From Candidatus Parcubacteria bacterium (GTDB lineage: Bacteria > Patescibacteriota > Patescibacteriia > Patescibacteriales > UBA12075): a stretch of 64,000 nt of DNA. The stretch covers positions 426,537-490,536 of the forward strand of contig CAWFCE010000002.1 of NCBI GenBank assembly GCA_963814275.1, written 5' to 3'. Positions within the stretch are counted from its first letter, which is position 1. Each line of letters starts with the position of its first letter. Below, in pieces: positions 53,401 to 59,400 of the stretch. A program made the translations under genes and the position numbers. The notes under the pieces were generated by a model that worked only from the letters and a program-made list of their open reading frames with translations, did not search any database and had not been told where the DNA came from.

Positions 53401-56400
53401 TGGGATCCGGGCACGGGAGTCGTCTCCATTCCCGCCGCTAACCTCTATTACCGCAATTACCAGCAATATGAACCGTTGCCGGCCATCGGCAGCGAATCGG
53501 CCGCCGGGGTGACCAAACTGGGCGCCTATGGAATCGTGATCGATTCCGGTTCGGCCAGCGGAAACATCAACTCCACCATCGCCAATGCCGGTCTGGGGGC
53601 GGGCTGGAACGATGTTGCCCTTACCTATGACCGCAACGCCGGAACGAACCAGCTTAAGCTTTATATTAACGGCCAGCAGGCTGATACGGAGATTCTTAAC
53701 GAAGTGATCATATCCAACGGGCAGGACCTCGTAATGGGCGATTTATTGGAAGGGATATTGGACGAAGTCAGGCTTTCGGCGGTCGCCCGCAGCGCCAACT
53801 GGATCCTGACCGAGTATAATAACCAGAAAAGCGGCAGTACCTTCCTGTCCGTCGGCCAGGAAGACCAGGTGGTCTCATTCTATGAAACAGCCCTGGTGAT
53901 CGATGTTGACGATTCCGCCAGCGGCTATAAGTGGCAGGTGATGGCCTGCGATGATGACGGCGATTGCAGCGGCTGGGACAAGTTCAACCTTGCAACTCCC
54001 AACTTTAAAGTCGATACGACCGACCCGACTTCACCCGGGGATTTGACCGGATACGACAAATCAAGCAACAGCATCACCCTGGAATACGGCGCTGCCACCG
54101 TCGAGAATAACTTCGTCGAGTATCGGATATTCTACGCCACCAGCTCGCCGCCAACCGAGAGCGATACCGAGCATGACGACAGTGACCTGGATCACAAGGA
54201 CTACAACAGCCAATCCACCACCCAGGTAACGGGCCTGCGGCCGGAAACCACCTATTATTTCAGGATCTGGGCATATGATATCGTGGGCCGCTCCGCCAGT
54301 TCGAGCGTAACCGCTATCACTACCGATGCGGCTGTTTCTTCGCCGGGCGTCGCCTTCTACACCAAGGGAACGCGCAATCTTTATTACCGGCGCTGGAACG
54401 GCGCTGTCTGGGAGGATGAGGAGACCGGACCGGTATTCGGCAGCGGCCCCGGCGACAATATCCGCCATGTCCGCGCGGTCCGCAGCGATAACGGCGGCAA
54501 GGTCGGCCTGCTCATAAAGACTTCGGACGGGTCTAACCAGGAATTCTGGGGGGCGGTATACCGTTTCGTGGCCGACGATTTCGTCGGCACCAGCTCCTTA
54601 GGCAGGGAAATAGACAATATTGACGAAGAAAAGATGAATGGTTGTATAGCCTCCTTGTCAAGCGGCGATTTCATGGCAGTGCGCGTGAATGAAGACGGCG
54701 CCGGCACCAGCACGGCCGGGTTGCAAGTCTATTCCTGGAGCGCCGCCGCGGACTGGACATACGAAGGCAATGATGTCATCCCGGACAGCGGCAGCCAATC
54801 GCAGCTGAACGGCTGCGAGTTCGTGCGCCGTCCCGGAACCGACAACTATATCCTGCTGACCTCGGGCCAGGCCCGTGATTTCGGAACGGCCTATTATTAT
54901 GGCGGCGCGGAGTACGCCAACCTCTGGGACGCCTGGGAGGAGCATTCCAACCAGGAACAGGACCGCGACAATACTTTCGGTTCCGCCTATTTCGATCCGA
55001 GCGACAACACCCGCGGCGCGATCCAGTATTTCGGCGGCCGCAACGTCAATAATTTCGTATATGCCAAGTATTTTACCGCCGACGGTACCGGACTGAATTT
55101 TGGCGGCGCCGTGGCTTCCCCCCAAACCGGCAGCGATAATTGGAGCGGCTATCCGATAAACGGCGAAATAGCATCGGATCCCAGCGGCACCGGCATCGCT
55201 TATTTCGCCGGCCGCGACACCAATGATGAATTGAATATTTACAAAGTTGACGCGTCAAACCCGTCAATCAGCTGGTCGGTGACAACGGGCGGCGATGATA
55301 TTTCCGGCGGCCAGCTTTATAATGAAAGCAATTATTCGCAGAAACCGTTCGATGCCGGATTCTATAAAGGCGGCAAGGGTCTGGTAGTATGGAATGACGC
55401 TGCCAGCGCTTTGCCCGCGTACCATGAGATCGACGCGTCCGCCAACAGCGTCAGCGCCGTCAGCACGGTACCCGGCGCGTCCGCCAATATCTGGACGAGG
55501 GTGAGAATATACGATGATCCGGGTGAAGACGAATTTGCGGTAATTTACCAGAACGATGATGTCGACTATGCGGCAGTCTTCTTCGAGGGCGGCTTCGACC
55601 GTTTTTATAATAACGTGGACAATCCCGGCAGCGGCCAGCTTTGGACGGAATTGGCAGCCGACACCGTGGCGGTTGTGGACGCAGATGACGAAAATATCAC
55701 TTTTGCCTATACCAGCTACAATTCGCCGCCGGAAACACCCTTCGGCCTGGCACAGAAGAAGCTGGACGACGTTACGGCTATCGCCAACCGGGGTTGGACC
55801 AATGAGAGCGCGGTGATTTTCCAGGCCAGTGTGAACGATATTGATACCGAAGAAGTGATCAAGGTATATCTGGAACTGTTGGCCAATAATGACACGTTCA
55901 CCGCCTCGACGAGCGAACCGCAGAATCCATGCCCGACCAGCATCGCATTCGGCGATTGTCTGAGCAAATTCTGGCGCATCGCCACCAGCAGTCCGGGCGA
56001 TTACAGCGTGACTCCTTATACGGTTTCCGCGTCGATCGCTTCTACGGTTGATTCCACTATCGGCTATAAATGGCGGATAATCGCCTGTGACGATGACGGG
56101 GAATGTTCCGGCTGGAAACAATTCAGCGCCACCGTACCGAATTTTTACGTTGACACCCTTCCACCGACAGCGCCGGGCCCGTTATCCGTTTATTCCTTGA
56201 CCAGCAATTCGGTGACGCTTAAATTCGGCGCGACCAGTACGGAAACCAATTTCAGCCGCTACCGTATTTTTTACAAACAGGCAGCCGCCGGCGCGACCAT
56301 CAATGATACCGAACACAGCGATAATGATTTGAATAATATCCTGTATAATGGCACGGCCAACACTGTCGTGTCCGGCCTCAGTTCCAGCACTCAATACGTA

Positions 56401-59400
56401 TTCAATATCTGGGCATATGATCTGGCCGGCAACCGGGCGACCGCCACTCCCGAGACCGCCACGACCACCAGGTCGCCGGCTTATATGGACCAAATATCTT
56501 ATCTGATAGAAAATGACGACGGTCCGAATGTTAACAACAACTCGGCTGCGACCTCGACCTATGATACCCCGCTAACGGGGGTCGAGATCGGCGAACGGAT
56601 GGTGGTCAGGCTTCAGCTGGAAAATACGGGCGAAGATGCGGCGACTGGCAAAATATACCGTCTGCAGTATCAGAATGTCACTGACGCGGGCGCCTGGACC
56701 GATGTCGGGGCAGCGACGCAAATCGCTTACTCCTTAGGGCTTTCCGGGGCGAACGGAAGCGCCTTGTTGTCGCACAAAGCGGCGGATAATGCCAATACCT
56801 GGCAAAACGGAACCTGGCATGAGGGCGTCAATCAAACCGGCTCCTATACTCTCAGCTACGGGCGTTATACCGAATTCGCATTTATGGTCAAAACGAGCGC
56901 CGCTTTGGCGGGAAAAACCTACCGTTTCCGCCTTTATGATATCAGTAGCGGCAAAGTGCTGGATGAATATGCCGAATATCCGACTATCAGCATTGTCGCC
57001 GGCACGGCCATGCGCTATTCCAAGCAAAGCGGTTCCCTGCCGAGCGCGACCGCTGACCTGACATATTTCCTAGACCCGGCCGGTTACGGCAAAGTGGCCG
57101 CGGATGACGCGGTGAAGGATGGGATCACCAGCGCCAACAATGTGCCGGTACTTCTGTACGCCACGAAGCATACGAACAATACGGATGCCTTTACCGTAAC
57201 CTGGAACGGCCAAAGTACCGTGGCGCCGGCCGGCGCCGCAGTTTATCTGCAGGTGTACCGCTACGGATCGCCCAGCCAGTGGGTAACCGTGGCCAGCAAT
57301 AACAGCGCGGCCGCCAATACCGATTTCACTTTGACCGGCAACCGGAATTCAGCCCTGTCCAGTTATTACGGCGCAAGCAACTGGACATATTGGCGGGTAT
57401 ACCAAGCTTCCGGCAACGAAACATTGTCTGCAGATTATTTCCATATCACATTCTCCGCGCCAGTACCGGAGGTCAAACAATTACATTACCGTTGGCGCAA
57501 CGATGACGGCAATCAAAGCGCCGCCACCTGGCGCGAGCTGAAAGACACGGGCGACCCAGTGGCGCCAACCGACGCGCTCGACAAAGGGGATAATATCCGT
57601 ATCCGGTTCTATGTAGCCAACACGGGTGGCGGCAGCGCTACGAATTACGGCTATGAGATCCAGTATGCCACGACTTCAACCGGCATTTGCACGAGCGGCG
57701 TGAGCCCCTGGCGCTATCCCACTGTCGATTATTCCGGCCAATGGCACCGGGCGACAAGCACTTATTTCAACGACGCCGACGTAACGACCGCGCAAATGAC
57801 GAATACGGAAGGATACACCTTCGTCGCCGGACGGATGGTCGAATATTCCAGCGCAACGAGCGCGGCCATCACTTTGTCCGAGAACCGCTATACCGAGATC
57901 GAGTATGCGTTGATGCCGACCAATAATGCGGAATTGGCCAGCACCTATTGTTTCCGATTGCTCGTGGCCGGAGCGCCGCTTGATTCGTACTCGGCCTATC
58001 CGATCATCACGCTGGCCGGCAATACGAACAATGCCCCGTCGTTTGCCGTTGCCCCTTCCGACAACGGGTCGGCTTCCACTTCGCCTACCGATTTCGGGCA
58101 AAATGTCGTATTTTCGGCAACCGGCAATGATCCGGATGGCGATGATTATTATCTGGCGGTCTGCAAGGTGAACAGCATAACTCCGGGGAACGGCGGTCCG
58201 CCGATATGCGGCGGCATCGGGCAATGGTGTGTATCGGACCGCGCTTCCAGTTCCGACGCGGTCAGCTGTGATTATACCGCGGCGGCAGCCACTGAGAATA
58301 ATGCCTGGTATGCATTTGTCTGCGACCATCATACCGGTTTTTCTATCGCCAAATGTTCAGCCGTGTCGCAAGGCAGCGGCAGCATCGAAAATAATTCACC
58401 GTTTGCCATCAACCACGCCCCGAGTTTCACGGCGATCAGTACGGTCAACAACAATCTGGATCCCGGATCGACCTTCGAGATCAAAGCGACAGTGGATGAC
58501 ACGGATTCTTATGGCGGCGACGACACATTGACCATGTATGTATGCAGCACGAATAGCGCCGATTGGACCGGCTGTACCGACGCGACGCTTTGCAGCGCTG
58601 CCAGTTCGTCCAATCCCAGCTGCGATATCGACACGGATATACCGGCCGCTTCTGGTGCCGTGAGTTATTACGCTTTCATATTCGATAACCACAACCTGGG
58701 AGCTGCCGTCAATCCGCGCGGTTCCTCATACACGGTCAAAAATGTCGCGCCCGTATTGGGCACTTTGCTGCTTAATGACGGCGCGGATATCGCGTTATTG
58801 ATGCGCGGCAGCGATACCCAGGTGTCGGCCAAGAACGCCAATATCACCGACGACAACGGCTGCGGCGACCTGGTATCGGCCACCGCCCGGATCTACATGT
58901 CGAATGTTTCCGGGGCTTATAACTGTACCGCCGACAACAACGACTGCTATCACGTGAATGTGGCCGGCTGCGCGATCAGCGGCTGCGAGCCCGACGGTGT
59001 CACCGCCAATATCACCTGTACCACCAGCATGAAATATTACGCTACACCGACCGATAATTCCGCCTCCAATCCGAATGAACCGTATGATTGGCTTTCTTAT
59101 ATGCAGGTCTATGACGGCGTTAATTATGTCGCTACCACCTCATACCCGGTGGAACTGAACACCACCCTAGCCCTGTCCGTCACCGAACCGGAAATAGATT
59201 TTGGCGACGGTTTTTCAGTAGGCGACAATTCCGGCGATAAAAACGCCACCACCACGGTAGTGAATAACGGCAATTCCCCGATCAATACCAATTTGTCCGG
59301 CACCAACATGGTCGGTAATCCCAGCGGCACGATTGACGTCGACAACATCAAGTGGAGCTTATTGAATTTCGAATATACCAGCGGCGGCGTTTCCCTGACC

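Noticed and set aside
35652-58692. Many 60-350-aa minus-strand and off-frame ORFs inside the giant ORF (e.g. 43285-44229, 47533-48357, 48385-49311, 50632-51687, 55264-56121, 57676-58332)
   Set aside because: They are expected by chance in GC-rich coding sequence with biased codons. Their translations are Arg/Gly/Ile/Ala-rich without motifs. The sense frame is continuously open for 24 kb with repeated recognisable domains.
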